From positions 1 through 64,000 of the IMG/VR virus record IMGVR_UViG_3300029908_000004: a stretch of 64,000 nt of DNA; one strand, given 5' to 3'. A model generated the notes under the pieces. The model was not told where the DNA came from, did no database searches, and was given only the letters and a program-made list of their open reading frames with translations. The position numbers and the translations under genes were made by a program. How positions within the stretch are numbered: the stretch's first letter is position 1; every line of letters begins with the position of its first letter. Below, in pieces: positions 17,860 through 26,983 of this stretch.

Positions 17860-20094
17860 TTATGGGGTTAAGGCTTTTCTTAATCTCTGCATAAGAAATG
17901 TGTTTCTTTTACGGACTTCACCATTGTTCACTGCGAAGTTAATCGCTTCTTGTGTCCCCAGAAATAAAGCCATTCTCTTAGCTCTGGTAGTAGCTGTGTA
18001 TAATAGGTTTCTCTCTAACATAGGGCGATGTTGCCATAACATAACAACTATAGTCACTGGGTATTCGCTACCTTGTGACTTATGTATAGTAGTAGCATAG
18101 GCTAACTGTAATTCCTTTTCATCTTCATCATCATAGTTTACAGTAACGTTATCTATTTCTACTTGCATAGTATCTTCAGTATGGTCATAGCCCATCACAA
18201 AGCCTATGTCCCCATTGAAAACCTCTAACTTGTAGTTGTTCTTCATCTGCATAACTCTGTCACCAATACGGAAGCCAGCTTTACCAACTAGACAACCCTC
18301 TGGGTTCAGTGCTGTTCTTAACACTTCATTTAGTTCTATTACACCAGCAGAGTTTTTCTTCATTGGTACTAGAACTTGTACATCTCTTATGGAATTAAGG
18401 AATAGTTTCTGTGGTATGTACTTAGTTACCAGTGAAATCAAAGTCTCCTTTAACCAATGGACATCTTCCATTTTCTTTCCAGCATCTTCACTATAAGTAC
18501 GTGGTACACTCATTAGATACATGTTAGATACTACATCCTTTGGAAAGAATACTGGAGCCTCACCCCTACGTATATGATGGGCATTCTTTATGATAAGAGA
18601 GCCTTCCGCTTGTCTGAATACAGTATCTAGTACTGTCATTGGGAGCTTTCCACAGTCTATGATATCACGTAGCACCATCCCGGGCCCTACAGCAGGTAAC
18701 TGATCTACATCCCCAATAATAATCACTGAACAATGAGGTGGAACAGCATCAAATAGTTTATTAGCTAGGTCAAGATCTACCATTGAGAACTCGTCTAAGA
18801 TCAATAGATCAGCATCAATAGGATCCCAAGCATTGTGTGTAAACTGTCCTGTTATCTTATTGAATCCTAATAATCTATGAATAGTAGATGCTTCTCTTTC
18901 ACTTACTTCTGCTAGCCTCTTGGCTGCTCTACCTGTGGGACAAGCTAAAACTACATTCAATCCTAGTCTCTCTGCCACACGTACAATAGTCAAGGTGGTT
19001 GTCGTTTTCCCGGTACCCGGACCACCAGTAATAATAGATCCATGGTAGGAAAAGGCTTTTAATACAGCTTCTTTCTGTTCAGAACTAAGAACCATGTTAT
19101 GTTCCTTCTGAACAGCTTGTAACCTATCTTCTAGGTTAGGATTAGGTGTAAACCTATGAGTGGCCATTTCCACCAATCTTTTGGTGAGGTCTACCTCAGC
19201 TTTATGTATCATAGGTAAGTAAAGAATCTTTAATTCATTGCCAGCTCGATCTTTAATTGTTTCTTGGATTAAAGTCCCTGAAGATATAACATTATCTAGT
19301 TCTACATTAGTAATTTCACTGCTAGCACCAGTGAATACTATTACTTCTTCTATAAGCTTACCTCTATCTAAGAAGCAATGCCCATTTACCGTGGCTTCTT
19401 GTAGTACAAAGGTGAAAGCTGCCCTAACTCTTTCTGGGGATGTAGCCCAGCTAGAACTTATTAGCAGCGCCATTTTATCAGCAGTTTTAAACCCAATACC
19501 CTCTACTTGTGTTAGTCTATAAGGGTTTTCGATGAGTGTGACCTGTGCGTTAGCTCCAAACTCATTAGTAATTTTCCTAGACCAATCAGGACTAATCCCA
19601 TGATGAGCTAGGAAAATCTTCAATGGCTGTTGTGGTACAGTCATCGCCCAGTTATCTGCTATTTTCTTTGCCTTGGCTTGTGTTATCCCGACTACTTCAG
19701 TTAACCTATTTGGGTTATTGTCCAGTATGAACTTCAGCTCACTACCGAAGTGTACAGCCATTCTTCTTGCTATGACTGGTCCTACTCCCTTTATCTCTTT
19801 GTATAGGAACTTTTCTAAACCAGCGGTAGATGTAGGAATAAGTCTAATGGAACTAGTTGCTTTAAACTGTCTTCCATATATTTTATGGTCTTCCCAATTA
19901 CCAGTAAATTCTATGCACTCATCGATATCTGCTTCTGGCATGTACCCAGTTACTGTAATCTCTTTATGCTTTGACTTACATGTAGTGTAATCTAGCTCTC
20001 TAACGACACCTATCTTCCACAATCCCTCTGGTTGTCGGTACACAACACGGAGTATGTTCCCACGAATCGTTTCTATGTTATTTGTAGTTGCCAA
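17860..20094 (-). CDS. recD2: RecD2-like SF1B helicase
   Basis: N-terminal OB/HhH region (GVGPVIA), GGPGTGKTT, ILDEFSMVD, GDVDQLPAVGPG, YATTIHKSQGSEY, LLYTATTRAK. Confidence 0.95.
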   Translation of the reverse strand: MATTNNIETIRGNILRVVYRQPEGLWKIGVVRELDYTTCKSKHKEITVTGYMPEADIDECIEFTGNWEDHKIYGRQFKATSSIRLIPTSTAGLEKFLYKEIKGVGPVIARRMAVHFGSELKFILDNNPNRLTEVVGITQAKAKKIADNWAMTVPQQPLKIFLAHHGISPDWSRKITNEFGANAQVTLIENPYRLTQVEGIGFKTADKMALLISSSWATSPERVRAAFTFVLQEATVNGHCFLDRGKLIEEVIVFTGASSEITNVELDNVISSGTLIQETIKDRAGNELKILYLPMIHKAEVDLTKRLVEMATHRFTPNPNLEDRLQAVQKEHNMVLSSEQKEAVLKAFSYHGSIITGGPGTGKTTTTLTIVRVAERLGLNVVLACPTGRAAKRLAEVSEREASTIHRLLGFNKITGQFTHNAWDPIDADLLILDEFSMVDLDLANKLFDAVPPHCSVIIIGDVDQLPAVGPGMVLRDIIDCGKLPMTVLDTVFRQAEGSLIIKNAHHIRRGEAPVFFPKDVVSNMYLMSVPRTYSEDAGKKMEDVHWLKETLISLVTKYIPQKLFLNSIRDVQVLVPMKKNSAGVIELNEVLRTALNPEGCLVGKAGFRIGDRVMQMKNNYKLEVFNGDIGFVMGYDHTEDTMQVEIDNVTVNYDDEDEKELQLAYATTIHKSQGSEYPVTIVVMLWQHRPMLERNLLYTATTRAKRMALFLGTQEAINFAVNNGEVRKRNTFLMQRLRKALTP

Positions 20095-20096
20095 AA

Positions 20097-20351
20097 TTAT
20101 CTAGCTTCCTCTATCCTATTAGCGCTTATTATATGCTTTGATGTTATAGACATTGGGTCTATAGCTATTTTACCATTAACTGCCCCGCCTGTCACTGGCA
20201 CGTCTATAAAGCCTTCATTATCTATGGTTTCTAACATAGCCCGTCTGGCTCTATCAACAGCCTCCAACTCTCCACTAGCACAAATATCGAAGGAGAAATC
20301 TACTATCTCTCCTTCGTCTCTGAATCTAATGTGGTATAAAAACATTGACAC
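20097..20351 (-). CDS. Hypothetical protein
   Basis: 84-aa ORF with SD. Confidence 0.55.
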   Translation of the reverse strand: MSMFLYHIRFRDEGEIVDFSFDICASGELEAVDRARRAMLETIDNEGFIDVPVTGGAVNGKIAIDPMSITSKHIISANRIEEAR

Positions 20352-20368
20352 TTCTATTGGTTCCTTTC

Positions 20369-21142
20369 CTATATCTCGAACTCTGACTTTGGGTATTCTT
20401 CGTTATATAGCTCAAGTGGGTACCCAATAGCATTGCACAATAGTCTAGTATTATGCTCTGTAAAGTCTCTACGTGAATGTGTGTGTCCAAATATCCATAC
20501 ACTTGGTTCATTAGCAGTAATAATATCTTTCATATCACTTACAAAGTAGGGGCTAGTTTCGTGGTTTCTAAATTGAACCGGTTGACATTCATTGGTAGGA
20601 AGGTGATGAGTTATAACAATATCACCTTTCCTACATTCCTTACTAACCCAATTCCTAAAATCTGTGTTCTTATTATATGCCCACGGTAGTAAATCTTTGA
20701 TTAGGAAGGTGTCATTAATGCAACCTTTATTAATCTCAACCTCTGGGATATTTGGAAACCACATCGTGTCTCCTATGAAACGCTTATCTTCATATAGAAA
20801 CACCTCATTAGTTCGTAACACTTTGAGGTTTGTGAGCTCTGACTCTATCTCACTTATCCTATCATCTACATAAGCAGTTGACACAGCTTTATAATACTCA
20901 TGATTACCGGGTAGATATATTACCATTGGTGCTTGATCACAAAGATAATCCAATATTGTTTCTGGTTCCCATCTAGAATAACTAGGTGTACGAAAAGTAG
21001 TAAGATCCCCCGGTATTATCAATGGCATATCTTTACTAATCTTAAATTCTTCCAAATGTTTACGTTCACTTCCGCCCCAAAACTCAAGGTGTAGATCTGA
21101 TAGCAATGTTACAAACAATTTAACTCCTATCGTGCAAACCAA
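20369..21142 (-). CDS. Metallophosphoesterase
   Basis: SDLHLE, PGDL, PGNHEYY, ITHHLP, WIFGHTH. Confidence 0.9.
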   Translation of the reverse strand: MVCTIGVKLFVTLLSDLHLEFWGGSERKHLEEFKISKDMPLIIPGDLTTFRTPSYSRWEPETILDYLCDQAPMVIYLPGNHEYYKAVSTAYVDDRISEIESELTNLKVLRTNEVFLYEDKRFIGDTMWFPNIPEVEINKGCINDTFLIKDLLPWAYNKNTDFRNWVSKECRKGDIVITHHLPTNECQPVQFRNHETSPYFVSDMKDIITANEPSVWIFGHTHSRRDFTEHNTRLLCNAIGYPLELYNEEYPKSEFEI

Positions 21143-21486
21143 CTAAATCCAAGTTCGCCTTCAAACTTCTTATCAATTTCTTCAGTATGTGTATACCAAT
21201 TATAACGACATAGAATGACATAATCTTTCATTAGGGTTTTGTATAATTCAGGACTTTCTTTCTTTATCACAGAGATTACAGAGGCTCTTGGTCTTACTCT
21301 AATCTTCCTACCAGATATAACAGCTCTGATTAAAGCCAACGCTACTTCTCTTGCTTTTGGGTTCATACCACTGGTGTATCTAGTTGCTAGTATTATTCTT
21401 TCTATTAACTGATACTTTTGTTCTTCGTTTAAAGGCCGGCTTGTTACGCCTAAGTTTGTCTGGTTTTCTATTAAAGGTAGTGGCAT
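21127..21486 (-). CDS. Hypothetical protein (related to ORFs at 39476 and 40414)
   Basis: ALALIRAVIS...VISVIKKESPELY resembles the other two ORFs. Confidence 0.55.
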   Translation of the reverse strand: MPLPLIENQTNLGVTSRPLNEEQKYQLIERIILATRYTSGMNPKAREVALALIRAVISGRKIRVRPRASVISVIKKESPELYKTLMKDYVILCRYNWYTHTEEIDKKFEGELGFSWFAR

Positions 21487-21656
21487 TCGTTCTTTCTAAG
21501 AGCCCACCTAAATACCTCCTAACTCTGTTGTAGTACCATATAAAATCATAATCATACGGTCTCCATAACTCAAGAGAGTACTCTAATGGGAGAGATTTAA
21601 AACAAGGGTTACATATAGTTAGGAACTCTTCTTTCCTTCCTAAGCAAACACATTTA

Positions 21657-21950
21657 TTAGATCGTATTATTTGGATCGCCTGCTCTAGGCTGATTGACTT
21701 CTTCAAGACTTCCGCTAATGGAATTGGGATTTTCTCCATTTAATAGCTCTCTTCTCTTGAGTTCTTCTTTTACCTGTTCTTGTATACTCTTTTCAACTGG
21801 TAAAGACTCAAAGATAAATAACATACCTTGAGGTGTGCTCTCAATAAACTTTAATGAGAACCCTTCTGAAGCAATGTTATTCAAGGAAGCTTCCAATGAC
21901 GTTGCTTGGGTGTTCGTATATAAAAAACGTTTATAGGTAGGTCCCTTCAT
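21657..21950 (-). CDS. Hypothetical protein
   Basis: 97-aa ORF. Confidence 0.55.
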   Translation of the reverse strand: MKGPTYKRFLYTNTQATSLEASLNNIASEGFSLKFIESTPQGMLFIFESLPVEKSIQEQVKEELKRRELLNGENPNSISGSLEEVNQPRAGDPNNTI

Positions 21951-21960
21951 ATTATGTCCT

Positions 21961-22281
21961 TTATTCGATATCGGATCTAGTCATTTGATTATTTGTGCTG
22001 GCATGCTCGTATAGACACTCTTCAATTATTTGTTCCACGTCTACTACCGCTTGCATATAAACAAGGTCCTTAGATGTAAGAGCCATTGTCTTTCTAAGTA
22101 CCTTCCTTAGAACTTCTACAATAGCTTTATCCTTACAATCTTCCAAAGCATGATAAAGTCTAGCGCTAACGTCCGAGATACTAACTTGTTCCATCTCTGG
22201 CGAGCGTAATATCTCTCTTGCTACCTCTGGTCTGTCCTCAATGAAAGCTATTACAGCGTTCAGAGTTTTATTGTAAGACAT
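21961..22281 (-). CDS. Hypothetical protein
   Basis: 106-aa ORF. Confidence 0.6.
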   Translation of the reverse strand: MSYNKTLNAVIAFIEDRPEVAREILRSPEMEQVSISDVSARLYHALEDCKDKAIVEVLRKVLRKTMALTSKDLVYMQAVVDVEQIIEECLYEHASTNNQMTRSDIE

Positions 22282-22490
22282 TTTAACCTTCTTCGTCTTC
22301 TACGATATCACCAAAGAAATCATCTAATCTATCAGATAAATCTACCAATTCTTCTTCTTGTAGCTCAGTTCTCCCAAGCTCTTGCCATTTAAGGTTCAGG
22401 TATCCTATGCTCTCTTCTATAAAACTATCGAACTGTTCGTTATCCATCTATAAACGGGCAGAGAAGGCCAACTCCTCTGCCCAATCCTCT

Positions 22491-22892
22491 CTAAAAGGGT
22501 ATATCGTCGGGTGAAATACCACCAGCAGCCCCGGTTGATGCTACTGCAGTTGCTGTTTGTTCACTTACCTTACTAGCGCCTTCTCCAGAACGAGACAAGT
22601 TCTCTACACGATTAACAATAATCTTAGGGGCAACATGCTTAACGTTGTCCTTTGTATATTCTTCAATCTTGAGTTCACCCTCGACATATACCATTGAGCC
22701 TTTCTTCAAGTTGTTGCCTATATATTCTGCAGTCTTGTTAAAAGCTACCATGTTAATCCAAGTCGTTTCTTTCTTCTCTCCGCTGCCTTTATTCACAGCT
22801 ATAGAGAAAGTACAGAAAGGCGTTCCTGATTGACTTGTCTTGAGCTCGGGATCCTTGCCTATATTCCCGATGAACGTACATAAATTTGCCAC
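22491..22892 (-). CDS. ssb: Single-stranded DNA-binding protein
   Basis: IGNIGKDPEL...FSIAVN...WINMVAF...GSMVYVEGEL, C-terminal DDIPF; GTG start. Confidence 0.95.
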   Translation of the reverse strand: MANLCTFIGNIGKDPELKTSQSGTPFCTFSIAVNKGSGEKKETTWINMVAFNKTAEYIGNNLKKGSMVYVEGELKIEEYTKDNVKHVAPKIIVNRVENLSRSGEGASKVSEQTATAVASTGAAGGISPDDIPF

Positions 22893-23121
22893 GTAACTAC
22901 CTCATAATAAAATGTTTATTGGTTGTACTTCTTGTTGATGTTTATTGTGCAGCACTGTATACAGTATGCCTTCTCGCGGCATGCACAATTTAATGACAGA
23001 TTGCCTATGTCAACTCGAACAATCTGTCCTTTAATTGTATCTAATTGACATATTAGATACAAATTCTACGCTCTACTAACAGTCCGGATATATCGCAACG
23101 GGGTAATAGAAGCAGAAGAAA

Positions 23122-24009
23122 TTATGAATAACTGTAAGAAGACCTCTCCCTAGGTGGGGTAGGAGGCACAGGCTTAGAAAGTTTCTCAAGGGTAGGCTTG
23201 TTTCCTTGTTGCATTCTTTCTATTTCTAAGAATAATTCTGCCTTCAATGCAGACCTATCTACTTCACCTAAACACTTGATAGAACTGATACTCCACGTAA
23301 GTATATTAGCCAAGTCATTAGGACCTATGCTATAACCTCTTGCTATGAATTTAAGTAGCCTTGCTATATGCCCAGCACCTTCGTTACCGGGTACTCCACT
23401 AGAGTAGACTATCCTCTTGGCAGCTAGGTCTTGATAGTATGTATCACATACTAAACCACACCAATCACTACCATTATACCATATAACCGCTTTGGCGATT
23501 GTGAAATCAAACTTGTCTATTAAGTCCTTTGCATCTGTGAACTTCCATCGCCAAATGAATTGGATCGGGGGACAATCTAATCTCTTTGGTATAAGGAAAG
23601 AGTTTTCTGTTTCCTCAATCCCAGCTAGATCCGCAGAAGGTGACCATGTATGTAGATGACTTTGTAAATTAGCTTTGTCATAGGAAAAAAAGATATCATA
23701 ATCAGATATAGGTTCATTACCAATTACTGATCTTAAGTACCCACCAGCCAAATAAGCTTTGTTTGAATTAACTTTTAAGAAGTGAACAATCTTGTCTGGT
23801 AGAAGTAGAACAGCATTATACAAGTCTGTTTCATTCATATCTATTGTAATAGTAGCAGATGGTTTTTCTACCTCTTCCATAAAACATCTTACACATCCAC
23901 TACCTTCTCCATGAGGACAAGCGTCTTTCTTAGGCTTAACCTTTGCTTTGGCTCCAGCATTAGCTACTCTCTTTATCTCGTCTTCACTTTTCTTGTTGAA
24001 CCAAGTCAT
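23122..24009 (-). CDS. Nucleotidyltransferase (CCA-adding/poly(A) polymerase head-like)
   Basis: YLAGGYLRS...DYDIFF and FDFTI motifs. Confidence 0.65.
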   Translation of the reverse strand: MTWFNKKSEDEIKRVANAGAKAKVKPKKDACPHGEGSGCVRCFMEEVEKPSATITIDMNETDLYNAVLLLPDKIVHFLKVNSNKAYLAGGYLRSVIGNEPISDYDIFFSYDKANLQSHLHTWSPSADLAGIEETENSFLIPKRLDCPPIQFIWRWKFTDAKDLIDKFDFTIAKAVIWYNGSDWCGLVCDTYYQDLAAKRIVYSSGVPGNEGAGHIARLLKFIARGYSIGPNDLANILTWSISSIKCLGEVDRSALKAELFLEIERMQQGNKPTLEKLSKPVPPTPPRERSSYSYS

Positions 24010-24030
24010 AATGCTGCCTCCAAAGGGAAA

Positions 24031-24050
24031 GGGAACCAGTTAAGGTTCCC
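24031..24050 (-). terminator. Hairpin downstream of tRNA-Pro, probable terminator
   Basis: GGGAACC/GGTTCCC stem followed by TTT on the minus strand. Confidence 0.45.
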
Positions 24051-24057
24051 TTATAAA

Positions 24058-24134
24058 TGGTCGGAAAGGAGAGGCTCGAACTCCCAATTGTTCTCGGACC
24101 CAAACCGAGTGCCATACCATTAGGCGACTTTCCG
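24058..24134 (-). tRNA. tRNA-Pro(TGG)
   Basis: Cloverleaf; anticodon arm CTCGG-TT TGG GT-CCGAG; encoded CCA. Confidence 0.92.
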
Positions 24135-24150
24135 ATTAAACTGAATAGCT

Positions 24151-24543
24151 TTAAATATGAGGAGGTATGATACTATCATAGTCTTCCATCTCATGCGTTT
24201 GTTTGAACTTCTTAGCGGTTACAAATCCAACCTTATCACCTTTGTTAACTAGGATTAGAGCCATCTTCTGCATTTGATATAGATCTGGTTTACCCTTCTC
24301 TACGTATTCAGAACACTCTTTAACATTACAAGTGATCTCCAGTGGACCACCATAAATGCCAGTGAACTCTCTACAGAAGAAGTGCCTTTCGCTCTCAGAT
24401 TCACCAATTATCTTTGAACAATGCTCACAACTCATACAAAGGCTAGATTTACTATATTGTGGAGTTCCGTCTCTAATGTGTCTTTTCATTGGATACTCTA
24501 ATCCTTTAATCTTGGAGCGAGGGGTGAGAATTGAACTCACCAT
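24151..24543 (-). CDS. Cys-rich hypothetical protein (probable start at MKRHIRDG)
   Basis: CMSCEHC...C...C..C pattern; the upstream extension overlaps tRNA-Cys. Confidence 0.55.
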   Translation of the reverse strand: MVSSILTPRSKIKGLEYPMKRHIRDGTPQYSKSSLCMSCEHCSKIIGESESERHFFCREFTGIYGGPLEITCNVKECSEYVEKGKPDLYQMQKMALILVNKGDKVGFVTAKKFKQTHEMEDYDSIIPPHI

Positions 24544-24589
24544 TTATTAGTTTTGCAGACTAAGCCCTGAAGCCGATTGGATCCCCCGC
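24513..24589 (-). tRNA. tRNA-Cys(GCA)
   Basis: TTAGT-CT GCA AA-ACTAA; U73; CCA. Confidence 0.88.
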
Positions 24590-24937
24590 TTATGAAATTC
24601 TATAATACACGAGGACAGTAACCTCACTGTCCTCAGTTAGTTCGTTTCTATACGCACTCTTAAGAGAAGAAAGTAATGAGGAATAACTCCTGTCCTCTAC
24701 TATCTGTTCCATCTCCACATATCTAGCCGGTATATCCCTAAATATTCCTACCCAACGATCAAGTATCCTAGCGGTACCTATTACTTCATGTTGTTTCCCA
24801 CTAGGGGAACATATACAGATATCAACTATTTCTTCTAACCCAGCTAGCTCCAACCATTTTTGACCAAGGCGCACAGTAGAACCCTCGAACCCTACCTGAG
24901 TGTCAATGCTCCTTCTAGTGTGAAGAATCTTATTCAT
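24590..24937 (-). CDS. Hypothetical protein
   Basis: 115-aa ORF with SD. Confidence 0.6.
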   Translation of the reverse strand: MNKILHTRRSIDTQVGFEGSTVRLGQKWLELAGLEEIVDICICSPSGKQHEVIGTARILDRWVGIFRDIPARYVEMEQIVEDRSYSSLLSSLKSAYRNELTEDSEVTVLVYYRIS

Positions 24938-24982
24938 GTCGTCTCCAACAAGTTATAACTACTGTGTTTATTATACCATAGC

Positions 24983-25303
24983 CTAGTAAACTTCTCTGTC
25001 TAATCTTTCATTTGTTTTAACAGAAGTCTCTTCCGCACTCTTAGCTATAAGATCCCCTACAGAATTATGTTCAGGATAGTATTTCCTAAAGTGTATTATC
25101 AATGCTTGTCTAGAAGTTTCATATTTTTTAGTGTACTCTTCTAGTTCTTTATTATACTTCGCCAAGATCTGTTGTTCTCTGCTTATTACGTCTTGTATTC
25201 TAATGATGTTAGACGCTTCTGATGATAGTGTACCTGATAGACCTTGTTCCACTTTCAGTAGGCTTACACCGTCTAATTTTACGTCCTCTTTCTTGTGAGA
25301 CAT
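24983..25303 (-). CDS. Coiled-coil hypothetical protein
   Basis: Ends ERLDREVY, like the adjacent ORF (NRLDREVF). Confidence 0.6.
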   Translation of the reverse strand: MSHKKEDVKLDGVSLLKVEQGLSGTLSSEASNIIRIQDVISREQQILAKYNKELEEYTKKYETSRQALIIHFRKYYPEHNSVGDLIAKSAEETSVKTNERLDREVY

Positions 25304-25689
25304 TAGAACACCTCTCTATCTAGCCTGTTACTAATCTTCTGTTCTATAGCTATCACTGAGGTTTCCGTAGGTCTAAGAGGGTTAATTGAATGGAATACAA
25401 TTAATTCAGCTCGCAACTTTTCAGCTTCGTTTATTAAATCATCGAGCTCTTTCCTCTTGGTATTTAACACTTCGTTCAGTTGTGCGATCTTCTTTATGCA
25501 GGTATCCGCGTTACTCTCATACTCCGTTATAACAGCTATCTTTGTGGAAATGTTACCAAGCTTTTCATAGATGGAGCCTATCAATGCGCGCTCTTTATCA
25601 GCTATTTCTTTTAATGAGAAGGGTTTAACACTTACATCTGTGTTAGTACCCCCAGTAGGGCCCTCTGTTGCTTTGGAGTTCTCTGTCAT
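25303..25689 (-). CDS. Coiled-coil hypothetical protein (start MTENSK)
   Basis: SD GAGGAG precedes this ATG; the track's longer start overlaps tRNA-Leu. Confidence 0.6.
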   Translation of the reverse strand: MTENSKATEGPTGGTNTDVSVKPFSLKEIADKERALIGSIYEKLGNISTKIAVITEYESNADTCIKKIAQLNEVLNTKRKELDDLINEAEKLRAELIVFHSINPLRPTETSVIAIEQKISNRLDREVF

Positions 25690-25714
25690 GATAGACTCCT
25701 CTCTATTAATAAGT

Positions 25715-25797
25715 TGGTACTGGCGGAGGGACTCGAACCCCCAATCCCGAAGGCATCCGATCTTAAGCCGGATGTGTATGCATTCCACCACGCCAGC
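25715..25797 (-). tRNA. tRNA-Leu(TAA)
   Basis: TCCGG-CT TAA GA-TCGGA; long variable arm; CCA. Confidence 0.92.
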
Positions 25798-25803
25798 ACA
25801 TTG

Positions 25804-26124
25804 TTATAATGCTATAGTACCTGTACGGAAGGCATCCTGAGGTAAACCTTGTGCCTTTGCTCTACCTTCTTCAGCTACACCATCGTTAGGTGGTGGTGCT
25901 AATTGGAAGGAATTCCTAATCGTTTCTACTAACCCCGGTAGATCTTCAGCAGCTTGATCAACGAAAGATTGTGCTGCTTGATAATCAGATGCGTTTATAG
26001 CTATTACTGACCCATCTGAAGTATGAATACGTAGTTCAATGGCATCTCCTGATACCTTTGTTATAGTCGCTGTAACAATACAATGAAACTTTCCATTGTT
26101 TAACACTAAGTTAATAGTCTGCAT
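25804..26124 (-). CDS. Hypothetical protein
   Basis: 106-aa ORF with SD. Confidence 0.6.
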   Translation of the reverse strand: MQTINLVLNNGKFHCIVTATITKVSGDAIELRIHTSDGSVIAINASDYQAAQSFVDQAAEDLPGLVETIRNSFQLAPPPNDGVAEEGRAKAQGLPQDAFRTGTIAL

Positions 26125-26144
26125 TTTATCCTTTGTTTAATTTG

Positions 26145-26347
26145 TGGTGCTCACGGCGAGATTCGAACTCGCGACCCACACATTAGATTGTGTGTCTAAG
26201 TAGCTATAACGCGCTTTCCTACACATTTCAGTGATAGGAGTTAATCCTATCTCGGTTACGATGTACCTTTCGGGGCCTCCGCAACTCACTACCTATGACG
26301 AGCTTCCTAAGTTTGCTCCGCTCTTTCCATTCTAAGCTATCGTGAAC
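26145..26347 (-). ncRNA. 203-nt tRNA-like RNA: acceptor, D and T arms intact, anticodon region replaced by a long insertion
   Basis: GTTCACG/CGTGAGC-A-CCA acceptor; GCTT..GAGC D arm; GCGAG-TTCGAAT-CTCGC T arm. Confidence 0.7.
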
Positions 26348-26353
26348 AATATT

Positions 26354-26404
26354 TGGTACCGACGACGGGGATCGAACCTGCAACGGCTTTCGCCTCAACT
26401 GATT
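26354..26404 (-). pseudogene. Orphan 3' half of a type II tRNA (Leu-like)
   Basis: Variable arm GGCGAAAGCC, degenerate T arm, CGTCGGT-A-CCA; abuts the CCA of tRNA-Leu(TAG). Confidence 0.7.
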
Positions 26405-26481
26405 TGGTCCGGGAGGTCGGACTTGAACCGACAGAATCGAGTTCCTAAGACTCGCACGTTTGCCAATTACGTCACCCCCGG
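26405..26481 (-). tRNA. tRNA-Leu(TAG) with a short variable loop
   Basis: CGAGT-CT TAG GA-ACTCG; 5-nt variable region; CCGGGGG/CTCCCGG-A-CCA. Confidence 0.85.
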
Positions 26482-26508
26482 TTATTGGTTTCTATAGCAT
26501 GGCAATTT

Positions 26509-26733
26509 TTAGTTAGGTTTAGAGTATAGAAAAACTTGTTCGTTGTTCGGATTACCAAGGTTCATTAAACCATTCTGTATATTTCTCCCCAAGTCATTGG
26601 CTTCTTGGTCCGAATCGGTAGCCCATATCTTATGGGCCCATTCACCCTTACCTAATACTACCAGATGAACTTCATTCTTCAATAACTTTGTTAATTCATT
26701 ATTATTGGTATACTTGATGTGTCTAATAGACAT
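26509..26733 (-). CDS. Hypothetical protein
   Basis: 74 aa; its SD AGGAGG overlaps the anticodon loop of the tRNA 5' fragment just upstream. Confidence 0.6.
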   Translation of the reverse strand: MSIRHIKYTNNNELTKLLKNEVHLVVLGKGEWAHKIWATDSDQEANDLGRNIQNGLMNLGNPNNEQVFLYSKPN

Positions 26734-26740
26734 TGTAGTC

Positions 26741-26779
26741 CTCCTAAGCGTGCGCGTCTTTCAGTTCCACCATCTGGGC
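26741..26779 (-). pseudogene. Orphan 5' half of tRNA-Leu(TAG)
   Basis: GCCCAGATGGTGGAACTGAAAGACGCGCACGCTTAGGAG; stops at the anticodon loop. Confidence 0.65.
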
Positions 26780-26782
26780 TTA

Positions 26783-26974
26783 CTACGCTATCCTTATAAT
26801 TTGGAGCAATTCTTCTTTGCTTCTACAAAAATCGGTGTACAGTTTAGCAAAATCATTTGCTGCCATACAAGTACATCCAGAGAAACTACAACTTACTTTA
26901 TGAGTTCTAGTATGTATTACTTTAATAGCTAAGTCAAGAGTCTCTAGAACTTTCTCGTGTTCATCAAGTGTCAT
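26783..26974 (-). CDS. Hypothetical protein
   Basis: 63-aa ORF with SD. Confidence 0.5.
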   Translation of the reverse strand: MTLDEHEKVLETLDLAIKVIHTRTHKVSCSFSGCTCMAANDFAKLYTDFCRSKEELLQIIRIA

Positions 26975-26983
26975 AAATAACTC

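Noticed and set aside
26180-26197. Amber suppressor anticodon (CTA) in the 203-nt tRNA-like RNA
   Set aside because: The loop is 6 or 8 nt rather than 7 and is separated from the D arm by about 130 nt, so it cannot be called a suppressor.
26354-26779. Leu 5' half (26741) and 3' half (26354) as two parts of one split gene
   Set aside because: Acceptor strands GCCCAGA and CGTCGGT have three mismatches, unlike the His and Ala pairs.
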